Positions 18,076 through 28,190 of a stretch of DNA of 64,000 bases are shown here, one piece after another (within the stretch, counting starts at the first letter, position 1; every line of letters begins with the position of its first letter). The notes under the pieces are model-generated. The model was not told where the DNA came from, did not search any database, and saw nothing but the letters and a program-made list of their open reading frames with translations. A program made the translations under genes and the position numbers. The stretch lies in the NCBI GenBank assembly GCA_016839805.1, contig JAEOTO010000009.1, forward strand, positions 1-64,000, given 5' to 3'. The stretch comes from Candidatus Hermodarchaeota archaeon. GTDB taxonomy: Archaea > Asgardarchaeota > Hermodarchaeia > Hermodarchaeales > Hermodarchaeaceae.

Positions 18076-18735
18076 GTGATCATCTTCACATATTTTGATG
18101 AAGAGTTCCGGGCTGCTCGATTAGCTTGGGAAAAGCAGTACGAAAAGGGATACTTTCTTGACCAGCCAATCCAACCTGAAATGCCAAATATGGCCCAACA
18201 CTTCAAAATCCATAAGGTAAACCGCATCTTGGATTTAGGATGCGGGAGTGGACGTCACACAGTTTATTTGGCTAAACAAGGCTTTGAGGTCTTTGGTTTA
18301 GATATTGCCCCATCGGGTCTTAGTGCCACAATCCAAAAACTTGCCATCGAAGGATTAACCGGTCACGTTACACTTGCAGATATCCTTCAGCTGCCTTATG
18401 AAGATGGGTTCTTTGATGCCCTAATCAGTGTACGTGTCATTCATCACAATCGGATTGCAGTTATCCGAAAAACCGTTCAAGAAATGTGGCGTGTGCTAAA
18501 ACCACAAGGGCTTGTTTGGGTCACAGTTCCGGTTCCCACGGGCCATGGATCAAAACATGGACGGGAAATAGAGCCTGGCACTTGGGTACCAAGCGAAGGT
18601 TGTGAAAAGGGGCTCCCTCACCATCTGTTCACAGAAGATGAATTAAAAGAGCTTTTCCAACACTTTACGATCTTAGAATTACGAGTCTTCTCGATGAGTC
18701 ACTATTCACTACTTGCAGAAAAACCAACAAGATAA
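18076..18735 (+). CDS. Class I SAM-dependent methyltransferase
   Basis: ILDLGCGSGRH, GLDIA, LKPQG. Confidence 0.88.
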   Translation: MIIFTYFDEEFRAARLAWEKQYEKGYFLDQPIQPEMPNMAQHFKIHKVNRILDLGCGSGRHTVYLAKQGFEVFGLDIAPSGLSATIQKLAIEGLTGHVTLADILQLPYEDGFFDALISVRVIHHNRIAVIRKTVQEMWRVLKPQGLVWVTVPVPTGHGSKHGREIEPGTWVPSEGCEKGLPHHLFTEDELKELFQHFTILELRVFSMSHYSLLAEKPTR

Positions 18736-18844
18736 CAAATTAAACGAATACAGATTTTTTTGTTAAGCCGAATTGTGTGTGGTTGATGAAACACAATTAA
18801 GGTTTAATTTAATGAAGATGTGGCGGTTAATGAAGGTGGGTTTC

Positions 18845-20287
18845 TTGAATAAAGAGAAGGCTTGGAATTGGATAACCAAGAATGAAGGACGAATTATCGA
18901 AATCAGTGATAAAATCTGGGAGTTCGCCGAACTGGGACTTGAAGAATTCAAATCATCCGCATTATTAGCTGATACATTAGAGGAACATGGATTTCATGTA
19001 CAACGTGGCATTGCAGGAATGCCAACGGCGTTTGAAGCGGTGTATGGCAGCGGTAAGCCTGTAATTGGAATCATGGGCGAATATGACGCACTACCCGGAT
19101 TATCTCAGAAAGCAGTTCCCTACAAGGAACCGGTCAAAGAAGGTGCTCCAGGTCATGGCTGTGGTCATAATATACATGGAGCTTCAGGAATGGCAGGAGC
19201 CATCGCAGCAAAGGAGTTTTTGGAGCAGACAAAGCTGAAAGGCACTATCAAGTTCTTTGGTACGCCAGCTGAGGAAACCTACGATGCAAAAGTCTTCATT
19301 GTCCGTGCCGGCCATTTTGATGACGTAGAAGCCGTGCTGAGCCACCACCCCTATAAGATGAATGTCGGGCATCTGTACAGCACATTGGCAATGAACATGG
19401 CAAAGTTTCACTTCTATGGCGTCGCGTCTCATGCCGCCTATGCTCCCGAATATGGCCGTAGTGCCCTCGATGCAATCGAACTCATGAACATCGGCGTGAA
19501 CTACATGCGCGAACATATCATCCAAGAAGCACGGATTCATTACGTCATTGAAGAGGGGGGCGGCCAACCTAACGTGGTTCCCTCTTATGCACGGAGTTGG
19601 TACTACATCCGTGCACCAGAACGCGACCAGGTAGACCAAATCTATGAATGGATTCTCAAGATTGCAGATGGTGCAGCCCAGATGACTCGAACCACTCATG
19701 CAGTAGAGCACCTGACGGGCTGTTGCAATATTATTGCTAATAAGGGCTTAAGCGACCTAGTGATCGCTAATATGCGTGAAATTGGTGCCCCACAATACAC
19801 GAAGGAAGAACTAGCCTTCGCTAAGGAATTGGCGAAGACAATTACGAAAGAAGAAAAAATTAGTTCTCTCCGGATAACAAAGCGTCCAGGATGGGAAGCC
19901 CTCATTGATGTATTAATCGACCAAACGATTCCCGATGCATGGGACGAAGGAGAAGTACTTCCAGGATCTACGGATGTATCTGATGTTAGTTGGAAAACCC
20001 CCACCATGGAATTCACGACGGCAACTTGGGTCTTAGGAACCGCACCTCATTCCTGGCAAGCTGTCGCACAATGTGGCATGGGTATTGGCCACCAATCCCT
20101 TCTCTTCGCTGCAAAAACCATATCTGGAGCTATCCTCGATTTATTAACTAAGCCAGAATTATTAAAATTAATTTCCGACGAATTCCTCCACCGCACCAAA
20201 GGAAGAGAATACAAGACGCCTATTCCCACAGAAATAAAATCGCCCCTCGAAATTGTTGAAAAATCACCAACGTTCATCAAGCGCTAA
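18845..20287 (+). CDS. M20 amidohydrolase (aminobenzoyl-glutamate hydrolase subunit B-like)
   Basis: GEYDALPGL, GHGCGHN, GTPAEE, GSTDVSDVSW; start TTG 18845 (or ATG 18830). Confidence 0.88.
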   Translation: MNKEKAWNWITKNEGRIIEISDKIWEFAELGLEEFKSSALLADTLEEHGFHVQRGIAGMPTAFEAVYGSGKPVIGIMGEYDALPGLSQKAVPYKEPVKEGAPGHGCGHNIHGASGMAGAIAAKEFLEQTKLKGTIKFFGTPAEETYDAKVFIVRAGHFDDVEAVLSHHPYKMNVGHLYSTLAMNMAKFHFYGVASHAAYAPEYGRSALDAIELMNIGVNYMREHIIQEARIHYVIEEGGGQPNVVPSYARSWYYIRAPERDQVDQIYEWILKIADGAAQMTRTTHAVEHLTGCCNIIANKGLSDLVIANMREIGAPQYTKEELAFAKELAKTITKEEKISSLRITKRPGWEALIDVLIDQTIPDAWDEGEVLPGSTDVSDVSWKTPTMEFTTATWVLGTAPHSWQAVAQCGMGIGHQSLLFAAKTISGAILDLLTKPELLKLISDEFLHRTKGREYKTPIPTEIKSPLEIVEKSPTFIKR

Positions 20288-20313
20288 CGTCATTAAGCGT
20301 AAATTTAACTTGT

Positions 20314-21375
20314 TTAACTTCCTTTGAAAAATCGGTGAAACGGCCGTGGTAGCCTCGAGAAATCAATTTGGCTAGCAATATCTGAGAGGTTTACAGAATT
20401 TAGAGTGTGCCAGTATAAAATAGGTCCTTCGTTTCCTTTACGGAGATAATCAATTACTCCTGCAAGGGTTTTTGCCGTGTAAGTGGGGTCCAAATTAAGC
20501 TGTTCGAATTCTAATGCCATATTAAGGGCTTCACTTCCTGCTTTGGTCGGATATCCATACCCTCTTCCGAGGAATTCATTGGACAATTCAAAACGAGGTT
20601 CATAGTGGAATTTTCCCACTTCAATTGTAGGTGTTAATAATCGAAGCGTTTTGCGCACCAGGGTCTTCACACGGTCTCGATTGAATCGTGGATTACTCGT
20701 CACTTGAATTCCCATGACGCGTGAGTTTAATCCGGTTAATTGTAATCCTAATTCAATTCCAGAAATGGTTCCGACACTTCCCGCTGCCACAAAAATCAGC
20801 CGTGGTTCTGGCAGTAAACCAGCTTGAATTTGATTTCGTAATTCAAAGATAGCATTGAGGTATCCTAAGACACCAACAGGTGTGCTACCTCCTGTGGGAA
20901 GCCAGTAGATGTTTTTCCACCGTAAACGGTCGATAAGATTGAACCGAAGAGCTGTTCGCCACTTCGTTTTTGTATAAATTAATTCCGCCCCATAGAAGTA
21001 CATGAGTTTCAGATTCTGGAGAACATTGGGAGTCACGGGTTGGTCTTCAATATAGATTCGCGTATGGAGGTTCTGTGACCGACCATGAATTGTAGTAGCT
21101 AATCCATGATTAGTTCCCAACCCACCCATAGTGACAATCATGTGCTTGTCCTGGTGAAGAGCATCAGCTAACAGAAATTCTAATTTGCGCACCTTATTTC
21201 CACCATACGCTTTCGACGTGAGATTATCAAGCTTCACCCACATCGCTTCTTTGGTTTTCAATGCTTTCTGCAAGTTGGTCAGTTGTCGAACGGGAGTCGG
21301 GTTTTCCAGAATTGAAATCCATGGAATACGGTCTTGAAGCGCGCTATACGCTTCAAACAGGGCTGGTTGCTTCAT
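20314..21375 (-). CDS. D-cysteine desulfhydrase / ACC deaminase family PLP enzyme
   Basis: GGNKVRKLEFL, PTGGS, LDPTYTAK. Confidence 0.88.
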   Translation of the reverse strand: MKQPALFEAYSALQDRIPWISILENPTPVRQLTNLQKALKTKEAMWVKLDNLTSKAYGGNKVRKLEFLLADALHQDKHMIVTMGGLGTNHGLATTIHGRSQNLHTRIYIEDQPVTPNVLQNLKLMYFYGAELIYTKTKWRTALRFNLIDRLRWKNIYWLPTGGSTPVGVLGYLNAIFELRNQIQAGLLPEPRLIFVAAGSVGTISGIELGLQLTGLNSRVMGIQVTSNPRFNRDRVKTLVRKTLRLLTPTIEVGKFHYEPRFELSNEFLGRGYGYPTKAGSEALNMALEFEQLNLDPTYTAKTLAGVIDYLRKGNEGPILYWHTLNSVNLSDIASQIDFSRLPRPFHRFFKGS

Positions 21376-21492
21376 GAATCAAATAGCTCCGAATTCCATT
21401 GGTTTCACTGTTGTATAATAAACATAGGGGTATTCACAGCATAACTTTTTATGACTCCATTTGGCTAGGGGCGTTAGTGCGCGGGTGGTTGG

Positions 21493-22629
21493 TTGAGGAC
21501 CCTTTCTCTGAGAGAAATTGTTGGCTTATTCATCTTTGGTCTGCTTGGATTTCTGCTTTACCTGTTCGGAGTCGGTTTGATACACAAAGCGTGGACCTAT
21601 TTAATCGCGCTGATTGAAACAGGAAGTTACCCAACAGAACTCCTGCAAATGCTCTTCATACAGACGAATCCATTCGGTATTGCCGGATTACACGATGTCG
21701 GTATCTTCTTGGCATCTTTAGGAATTATCCTTCTCTACGTTATCTATTTCGTGTGGCTCCTACCACTAGGAACACCAGAACGCAGCAGACGTGGCTTCCA
21801 ATATATTCTGGGATTTCTTCTGGTATTTGCAGCCTGGATTGGAATCTGGATATGCATGCACCGGGCATTCCTCCTGTTCCTTGAGTTTTGGCGGGGATAT
21901 CTACCTGTTCCCACCTGGGTTATTGGTATATTCCAACTTACTCCCTCCACACTTCACAGCCTTGGATTAGCATTGGTTGGCCTATTTCTCTTGGGAACAC
22001 TGCTCGTCATTCTCTACAAGGCTTACACACTCTTTTTGGCATCAGAAACTGAATCGGATGCAACAGTCGAATATTCAAATATCACAACAGGTGGAACCAG
22101 CGGTTCTGAAAGCATCGAGTGGCCAATTCCTTTCATCCAAATAAAGAAAGACTGGAAATTCTACTTTCTTGCCTTCCTACCCTACTTTTCGGCAGCATTC
22201 GCCATTTGGATCCTCCTCTTCGAAGGCTTCATTGCTTCACTATATGGAATCCCAATCCTCTGGGCCCTACTTCCATGGATTCCATGGACACCAAATCACT
22301 ACATGATATTCGGCGCTGGATTACTACTCCCAAGCATGCTAGCACTTTGGGGAATCATCGTCTTCATCCGACGGGCACCAGTAACAGGAATGCCAGGGAA
22401 CAGTTGGTGGTGGCGAGGAGCACGACGCTTCCTCTTCGTGATTCTAACCATAATAGTCATCATATCCCTCTCAGCAGGGCTATTTATCCTCATTTGGACC
22501 TATTTACAGCTGGGAACACTTACTACATCTACTGCCTTACTCTGGCAACAGATCGGTGAAACATCAGTCCTCATTGGGCTAATAACGGCATTCATCATCA
22601 TTGTAGGGGAACGAGCATCCGAAGCCTAA
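21493..22629 (+). CDS. Polytopic membrane protein, unknown function
   Basis: About 8 hydrophobic helices, apparently in two halves. Confidence 0.7.
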   Translation: MRTLSLREIVGLFIFGLLGFLLYLFGVGLIHKAWTYLIALIETGSYPTELLQMLFIQTNPFGIAGLHDVGIFLASLGIILLYVIYFVWLLPLGTPERSRRGFQYILGFLLVFAAWIGIWICMHRAFLLFLEFWRGYLPVPTWVIGIFQLTPSTLHSLGLALVGLFLLGTLLVILYKAYTLFLASETESDATVEYSNITTGGTSGSESIEWPIPFIQIKKDWKFYFLAFLPYFSAAFAIWILLFEGFIASLYGIPILWALLPWIPWTPNHYMIFGAGLLLPSMLALWGIIVFIRRAPVTGMPGNSWWWRGARRFLFVILTIIVIISLSAGLFILIWTYLQLGTLTTSTALLWQQIGETSVLIGLITAFIIIVGERASEA

Positions 22630-22664
22630 CTTATGCTATCCAGCCATCCAAATTTTCATTGAGA

Positions 22665-23102
22665 CTAAGTAGTATACCGTGGAACGTTGTCACGAAACCA
22701 AGGTGGAACCACTGCTTTGTCAACTCGATCTGAGGAAGGCATATAGGGCTTAATATCAATCACTGGCGTTCCATCGAAGGCATCGATTTGATCAATGTAA
22801 ACACGATGCATATCATTATCAACTTTCTCGATGGCGACAATAGACAAGCCAATGGGTGTCGGTCGGGCAGGTGACCGACTCGCGAACACTCCAGACAACT
22901 TAGCATCGGCTTGTGGGGGATAATCTTGGAGGTTTGAACGGTAAGTAATGGAGTCACGACCTGTTATCCACCATAGCACAATCATGTGCGAAAACTGGTT
23001 CAGTTGGAGCACACCATCCCAGTACTGATCTGCGATTTCTATGTAAAGCTGATCCTCAGCCGGTTTCTTGACATGACCAATTATGTTAGCGCGGAATTCC
23101 AT
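22665..23102 (-). CDS. tsaA: TsaA/TrmO-family tRNA m6t6A37 methyltransferase-like protein
   Basis: GVFASRSPARPTPIGLS, IDAFDGTPVIDIKPY. Confidence 0.85.
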   Translation of the reverse strand: MEFRANIIGHVKKPAEDQLYIEIADQYWDGVLQLNQFSHMIVLWWITGRDSITYRSNLQDYPPQADAKLSGVFASRSPARPTPIGLSIVAIEKVDNDMHRVYIDQIDAFDGTPVIDIKPYMPSSDRVDKAVVPPWFRDNVPRYTT

Positions 23103-23340
23103 AAGGATAATTAGAAACTTTTATGGAAGAAGTTTACTCTCACAGTAACTTCGCAATAGACTTTCTCCCTGTGCGCTGTACTCCCCGAGTTCAGTGTTTA
23201 TGACTCCACTAGGGTTATTTCTCATTAACCGATACGTTTAAATATTATTATAATAATATATTCTCACGCAATAAGAAAATTATCTAATCCAACGAGGTGG
23301 ATTAGAGTCTCAAAATGGTACATCAAATTGGTGGTAAAAA

Positions 23341-23439
23341 ATGAATATACAAAAAAGAAATGCGCGAGATCAAACTCGTAAGGTTCCAAGTCGTTATGCT
23401 TATTCAATTGTCTTAGCTCAGCAATTGAAGTGTAACTAG
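23341..23439 (+). CDS. Putative 32-aa small protein MNIQKRNARDQTRKVPSRYAYSIVLAQQLKCN
   Basis: GGTGGT SD-like motif 5 nt before ATG, upstream AT-rich promoter region, downstream terminator; no homology recognised. Confidence 0.4.
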   Translation: MNIQKRNARDQTRKVPSRYAYSIVLAQQLKCN

Positions 23440-23473
23440 AACCTGTCAACATCCTGTAAGCAGGACACTGCTA

Positions 23474-23514
23474 GAGGGTTACATCCATGATGTAGCCCTC
23501 CTCTTCCTTTTTTT
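23474..23514 (+). terminator. Hairpin plus T-tract terminator
   Basis: GAGGGTTACATC-CAT-GATGTAGCCCTC (12-bp stem, one G-U) then CTCTTCC-T7. Confidence 0.65.
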
Positions 23515-23629
23515 AGTTTCTACCTCTCTTACTGCTTTAATTCTAAACGCCTTGTTGTGGGGTTTAAGTTCACTAAAAATTTATACACAGATAGCTAGTA
23601 TAATGGAAACGTAGGATATACTGGCTGGT

Positions 23630-23896
23630 ATGTTTATGGTAAAAAAAGTTGAGAAGAAATCTGGTGAGGTTGAACCATTCATCCGTGAAAAAGTCGTCGT
23701 TTCCTGCTTGAAAACAGGGGCACCCTTGAGCGTTGCGCGTGAGATTGCTGATATGGTGGAGGCATCGCAGATGGAATCGATGACCTCTAAAGAGATCCGC
23801 GAAAATGTTCTTGGTGAACTTGAAAAATCAAATGATGAATACCGACGAAACTGGATTATGTATGATCGAGAAAAAGGGCGAATCACACCCGAATAA
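23630..23896 (+). CDS. Stand-alone ATP-cone domain protein
   Basis: VEKKSGEVEPFIREKV...TSKEIRENVLGEL. Confidence 0.8.
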   Translation: MFMVKKVEKKSGEVEPFIREKVVVSCLKTGAPLSVAREIADMVEASQMESMTSKEIRENVLGELEKSNDEYRRNWIMYDREKGRITPE

Positions 23897-24159
23897 TCGG
23901 GATTATAGTACCTATAGTTGAGGAGGAGCTGACTAAGTCATTATTAGAGCAAACACTCACCATTGGTTTCTTTACATTCTTTAATCCATTTGTCAGCATT
24001 CGGTTTCTAATTGAGTGTTGTGATGAGAACTGAGGTATAATTCCGTTTCTCCTGGATATCACTGCTCTTCCCCAATATTGACCTATAAAAGTCATGATGC
24101 AAAGTTTTAAACGCCTCAACTTTGAGCATTTCATAGTAACTTCTAGAGGAATTGATTAT

Positions 24160-24699
24160 ATGGCTGATGAAGGAACTGCATCAACTCTGGTGTTAATTGC
24201 TGGGATAATTCAGCTTATCATCATGTTCATCATTGCGGGACTAACTGGATTATTCGCTATCTTGATTCCACTTATCCTAACATTACCACCGTCTGAATTA
24301 CCACCCGAATTAACAATGGCTGATTTACAAATGGTAGTCAATTTGCTGGGTATTGTGGTTAGCGTTCTTGTTGTTATCACCATTTTGACCCTTATCTTTA
24401 GCATCCTTTGGCTAATGTGGCGGAAAGATCCGATAAAACACCGGGCAGGTTTAATTGTCACTGGCATCTTAGCTCTGATCTTTGGTGGCGTTCTTCCCGG
24501 GCTTTTAGCTCTCATTGGTGGCGCAATTGCGAAGCCCGAACCCGAATATAAACCACCCACCTTCCCAAGGACTCCATCGACTACTCCTGCTGAACCGACT
24601 GTGAAAGCTGCGGCTGGTAAATATTGTCCGGCCTGTGGTAACCCCATTGCCAATCCGAACGCTGAATTCTGCGGCGTGTGCGGTGCAAGTCTAACTTAA
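24160..24699 (+). CDS. Membrane protein with C-terminal zinc ribbon
   Basis: Three TM segments, Pro-rich linker, CPACG...FCGVCG. Confidence 0.78.
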   Translation: MADEGTASTLVLIAGIIQLIIMFIIAGLTGLFAILIPLILTLPPSELPPELTMADLQMVVNLLGIVVSVLVVITILTLIFSILWLMWRKDPIKHRAGLIVTGILALIFGGVLPGLLALIGGAIAKPEPEYKPPTFPRTPSTTPAEPTVKAAAGKYCPACGNPIANPNAEFCGVCGASLT

Positions 24700-24767
24700 G
24701 GATATTAAAAAACCAACAAGAGTCCAGTATCGAGAATCAAGATGCTGTGAACATGGTGTTAGAGCAC

Positions 24768-25583
24768 CTAGAAGGGAATCGACTCGCCAACGGGCTTAAA
24801 GGTTATTGCATTCTCAGGACAGTAACGTTGACAGACACCACAACCAAAACAGGCGTGCGACTCGATACTGGCTAGATTATTTTGAGAATCAATAGTTGGT
24901 ACACCAAATGGACACTTAGTTTCGCAGATTCCACAGCCCGTACATTTACTGACGTCAACTTGGGCTCGTTGATGAGCTTTGTAAATGGGAGAGGTTATTT
25001 CCAGACGTTTTCGAAGTAAGTAGGGTCGACATACTGGCATATCACAATTACACAGCATACCTAAGTAAGGAACCCCCAGAGCCGACATGGCATGAACAAC
25101 TGGACCAGTTTTAATCAACGCTTCGAGGGTTTCTTGGGCTTCTTCAGCGCTTACGTATTGGTGTGCTCCTCCACAATATTTAGGAAATCGGTGGGTATAC
25201 TCATCAGTAAAGGCAATTCCATAACAGCTGAGGTTGGGATCAGATCCATAAGCCGAATACCGGCATATGCAGGGGAGGAGAACGACAGCACGTTCACTTT
25301 CATCCGTCTGATAACTAGCAAGTTTCAAGATAGATAGCGCTTCGTCTGTGCTAATCACCTGATGATGGAGATACTGCATGTAACGGTGATTTTCTTTCTG
25401 CCGTTCTTCAACAGTAATAGGTCCTGAAGGAAGTAACTCTTTTGCACCTGGGGTAATTTCCCGTCCAAAGAAGCTCTCACAGAATTGCTTGACCTTCTCG
25501 CTGTGAGCGAGGTCCTTTGAATAATTACGAGCATTGAGATACCATTTTTTCCCATGTCCATGTTGAACACAATACTCACACAT
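24768..25583 (-). CDS. 4Fe-4S dicluster ferredoxin-domain protein
   Basis: CTGCGICETKCP and CFGCGVCQRYCP plus CEYC, CICR, CNC. Confidence 0.85.
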   Translation of the reverse strand: MCEYCVQHGHGKKWYLNARNYSKDLAHSEKVKQFCESFFGREITPGAKELLPSGPITVEERQKENHRYMQYLHHQVISTDEALSILKLASYQTDESERAVVLLPCICRYSAYGSDPNLSCYGIAFTDEYTHRFPKYCGGAHQYVSAEEAQETLEALIKTGPVVHAMSALGVPYLGMLCNCDMPVCRPYLLRKRLEITSPIYKAHQRAQVDVSKCTGCGICETKCPFGVPTIDSQNNLASIESHACFGCGVCQRYCPENAITFKPVGESIPF

Positions 25584-25707
25584 AGAAACCACTCTGAACG
25601 AATAGTGAATCCTTCCACTTTTTGATTTTTAGGTTATTAGCCGCTAAGGGGGAAGTCTCAAAAAGAATCAATACTAATAAATATAGGTTTAAGGAGGCTG
25701 AAAAACA

Positions 25708-26094
25708 TTGATTCAATCAGATGCGATTCGTCAGGCACTCCGGGAAAAGCTGGAAAATGGCATCACTCTTAAGACAACCGGAGGTACTGAATTCCTCGTC
25801 GAGTCAATTAACCCTACAGAAATTGTATTTCGTGTTGGAGAAAAGAAGGTGCGCGTCGCGGTTATGTTAGATGCGGTCGACGATCTTGTCAAAGAGTTCA
25901 AATTCATCCCTCCTGGTGGTTGGATGCGAATTGGAGCCGTAACTGGTGAACCCAAACCAGGAACTCTAGCAGCAGTGGTTCGCGCACATACTCAAGGCGC
26001 AAGCTCAGCAAGTCAGTTTGCTGCAGTATTAGAACATATCCAAGTAGCAGAAGTTAATCCCACCCGGCCTGCAAGAATACGCCTGACTGTTTAG
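25708..26094 (+). CDS. Hypothetical protein
   Basis: 128-aa ORF, AGGAGG RBS, TTG start. Confidence 0.65.
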   Translation: MIQSDAIRQALREKLENGITLKTTGGTEFLVESINPTEIVFRVGEKKVRVAVMLDAVDDLVKEFKFIPPGGWMRIGAVTGEPKPGTLAAVVRAHTQGASSASQFAAVLEHIQVAEVNPTRPARIRLTV

Positions 26095-26099
26095 ATGAA

Positions 26100-28064
26100 C
26101 TAGATCTTTTTCAAATGAACCCGAGTTGAATTAAACACGGAACCATTTCCAATGGGCTGAGGTGTATCCGGAGTTAGGATATTTTGTGGTTTGCCTTTCT
26201 TTCCAATAAATTGCCGTGGTGACCATAATATCCCCGGAGGCACCGTTTCAGTTATGTGGGTATGCACTTGAATTGCGCCTTGCTCATTGTAGAGTTGGAT
26301 TTCATCACCATCTTTTATCTTCAAAGTTTTTGCATCAATGGGGTGAATGTGCACGATTGCAGGAATATCGCCGTAGATTTCCTGAAATTGTGTGTGAGTA
26401 TAATTTCGGAGTGCACTGTTCAATAGTTGAAATTGGCCTGACTCCTTCTGAAGAATAGCCTGTTTGGGAATTGGGGAGATTCCATGCCTTAATGCTATGG
26501 AGGATGCAAACTCAATTTTTCCTGAAGGTGTTGAATATTCATCCAAGGAAATGGAATTTAGTTTTAACCGGTTTCCATTGAGAAGATCATTCAAGTTCGG
26601 GGTCGATAAAGCGTTATTCATTGCCACCTTTATTGCTTGCCAAGGTGGCTGGTAGAGCCATTCGTCTTTTAGGTCTAATCGCTGCGCTAATTGTTGCATG
26701 ACCCAGATTTCACTTCGGCTTGCATCATCTGGTTGAATAACTCGATTTGATTTCTGGACATAATGATGGCTCCACGGGATAACTAAGTCCTCTTTTTCAA
26801 GATAGGTGAGTGCAGGTAACACAATATCCGCGTAACGTGTAGTTTCGGTCCAGTGTGTCTCATGGACAACGACAAACACATTATCCCGTAATAGTCCTTT
26901 TCGGAAGGCGGCTTGATTGGGCAATGTCAGCGCGGGATTCATATTATAGATATAAAGAAACTTGAATTCTCCATTCGCTAGATGCCTTCCTAACTGAACT
27001 TGGCTAACAACTTTGCTGGACTTTGAAGTAAGACTTTCTCCAGTCAAATATTCATAATCTATTGGATAGGCTTGTCCATTACTATAGAAGAATCCTCGAT
27101 GCAGACCAATTACTGCGGGGAGGAGACTAATAGCTCGTACGGCTTCAGCTCCGTTCGAACTTTTTTGCATTCCCAGTCCAATTAAAATGATACTTGAACG
27201 TTCTGTGCCATAGAGCCTTGCAAATTGCTCGATTTTTGCCGGTTTAAGTCCAGTCAGTTCTTTTAAGCGGTCAGGAGTCCATTTTTTACTTTCTGCACGA
27301 AATTGCTCAAAACCGACTGTCCATTCTTCTAGAAATACTGAATCCGTTAATCCTTCTTCAATGAGATAGTTCGCAAGCGCATAAGCTATTGCCACATCAG
27401 TTCCAGGTTGCGCCTGAATGTGAATGTCGGCTTTCTTTGCCGTTTCACTCACCCGGGGATCAATGACTATTATTTTGGCTTGGTTCTGATCTTGGGCTTT
27501 GAGGGCAAGCCTCCACAAATGGGGTGAACTCACAGCCGCATTGAAACCCCAGAATATGATGAGTTTTTGGTTGATGAGGTCTTCGGGCTGGATACCGTGG
27601 CTGGAACCATAATGCAAGGCAAGCGCCTCATGACCGGACTTACTACAAATGCTATTATCGGTCTTGGATGCTCCCAAGTTATTCCAAATGCGATGAGGAA
27701 AGTATTCGGTTAAGAGACCCATATTTCCAGCATATTCAAGGTGTAAGATCGCTTCTGCCCCTGCAATGAGTAACGTATCCTTCAACTTATCTGAGACAAG
27801 TTGAAGAGCCTTATCCCACGTGCACTTTTTTCCGAACTTATCCGGCTGTTGTTTATCTCGAATGTATGGAAATCGAACACGCTGAGAAGAAAAGGTACGA
27901 TCTAAGTCTTTTGCCCCTCGTGGACAAGTAAAACCTTGAGTGATCGGGTGAGATGAATCACCCTTGAGTCTAAGGCGTTGATTGCCATCTGTAAATTCGG
28001 CTATCAGGTGACAGCTATCATAGCAATCCCGAGGACACACGGTGTTAATCTGTTTTTTAGACAT
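26100..28064 (-). CDS. Molybdopterin-dependent oxidoreductase, catalytic subunit
   Basis: CPRDCYDSC...TCPRG Fe-S motif, TETTRYADIVLPA, TPSGKIEF, C-terminal dinucleotide-binding domain. Confidence 0.9.
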   Translation of the reverse strand: MSKKQINTVCPRDCYDSCHLIAEFTDGNQRLRLKGDSSHPITQGFTCPRGAKDLDRTFSSQRVRFPYIRDKQQPDKFGKKCTWDKALQLVSDKLKDTLLIAGAEAILHLEYAGNMGLLTEYFPHRIWNNLGASKTDNSICSKSGHEALALHYGSSHGIQPEDLINQKLIIFWGFNAAVSSPHLWRLALKAQDQNQAKIIVIDPRVSETAKKADIHIQAQPGTDVAIAYALANYLIEEGLTDSVFLEEWTVGFEQFRAESKKWTPDRLKELTGLKPAKIEQFARLYGTERSSIILIGLGMQKSSNGAEAVRAISLLPAVIGLHRGFFYSNGQAYPIDYEYLTGESLTSKSSKVVSQVQLGRHLANGEFKFLYIYNMNPALTLPNQAAFRKGLLRDNVFVVVHETHWTETTRYADIVLPALTYLEKEDLVIPWSHHYVQKSNRVIQPDDASRSEIWVMQQLAQRLDLKDEWLYQPPWQAIKVAMNNALSTPNLNDLLNGNRLKLNSISLDEYSTPSGKIEFASSIALRHGISPIPKQAILQKESGQFQLLNSALRNYTHTQFQEIYGDIPAIVHIHPIDAKTLKIKDGDEIQLYNEQGAIQVHTHITETVPPGILWSPRQFIGKKGKPQNILTPDTPQPIGNGSVFNSTRVHLKKI

Positions 28065-28190
28065 TAGACCGCTTCCATAATTTAAATTCACAGCTCTAAG
28101 TTTCGAGCGCTCGCTGCGTATTTAGTCGTAGTGCATTAATAATAGGAAGGTTCTTATCTCCTCCGACTTGAGAAGTCTACCGATTATTGA

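Noticed and set aside
23341-23514. Selenoprotein/SECIS or pyrrolysine readthrough for the small ORF
   Set aside because: The stop is TAG, the hairpin lacks a SECIS GA quartet, and there is no supporting machinery in the window
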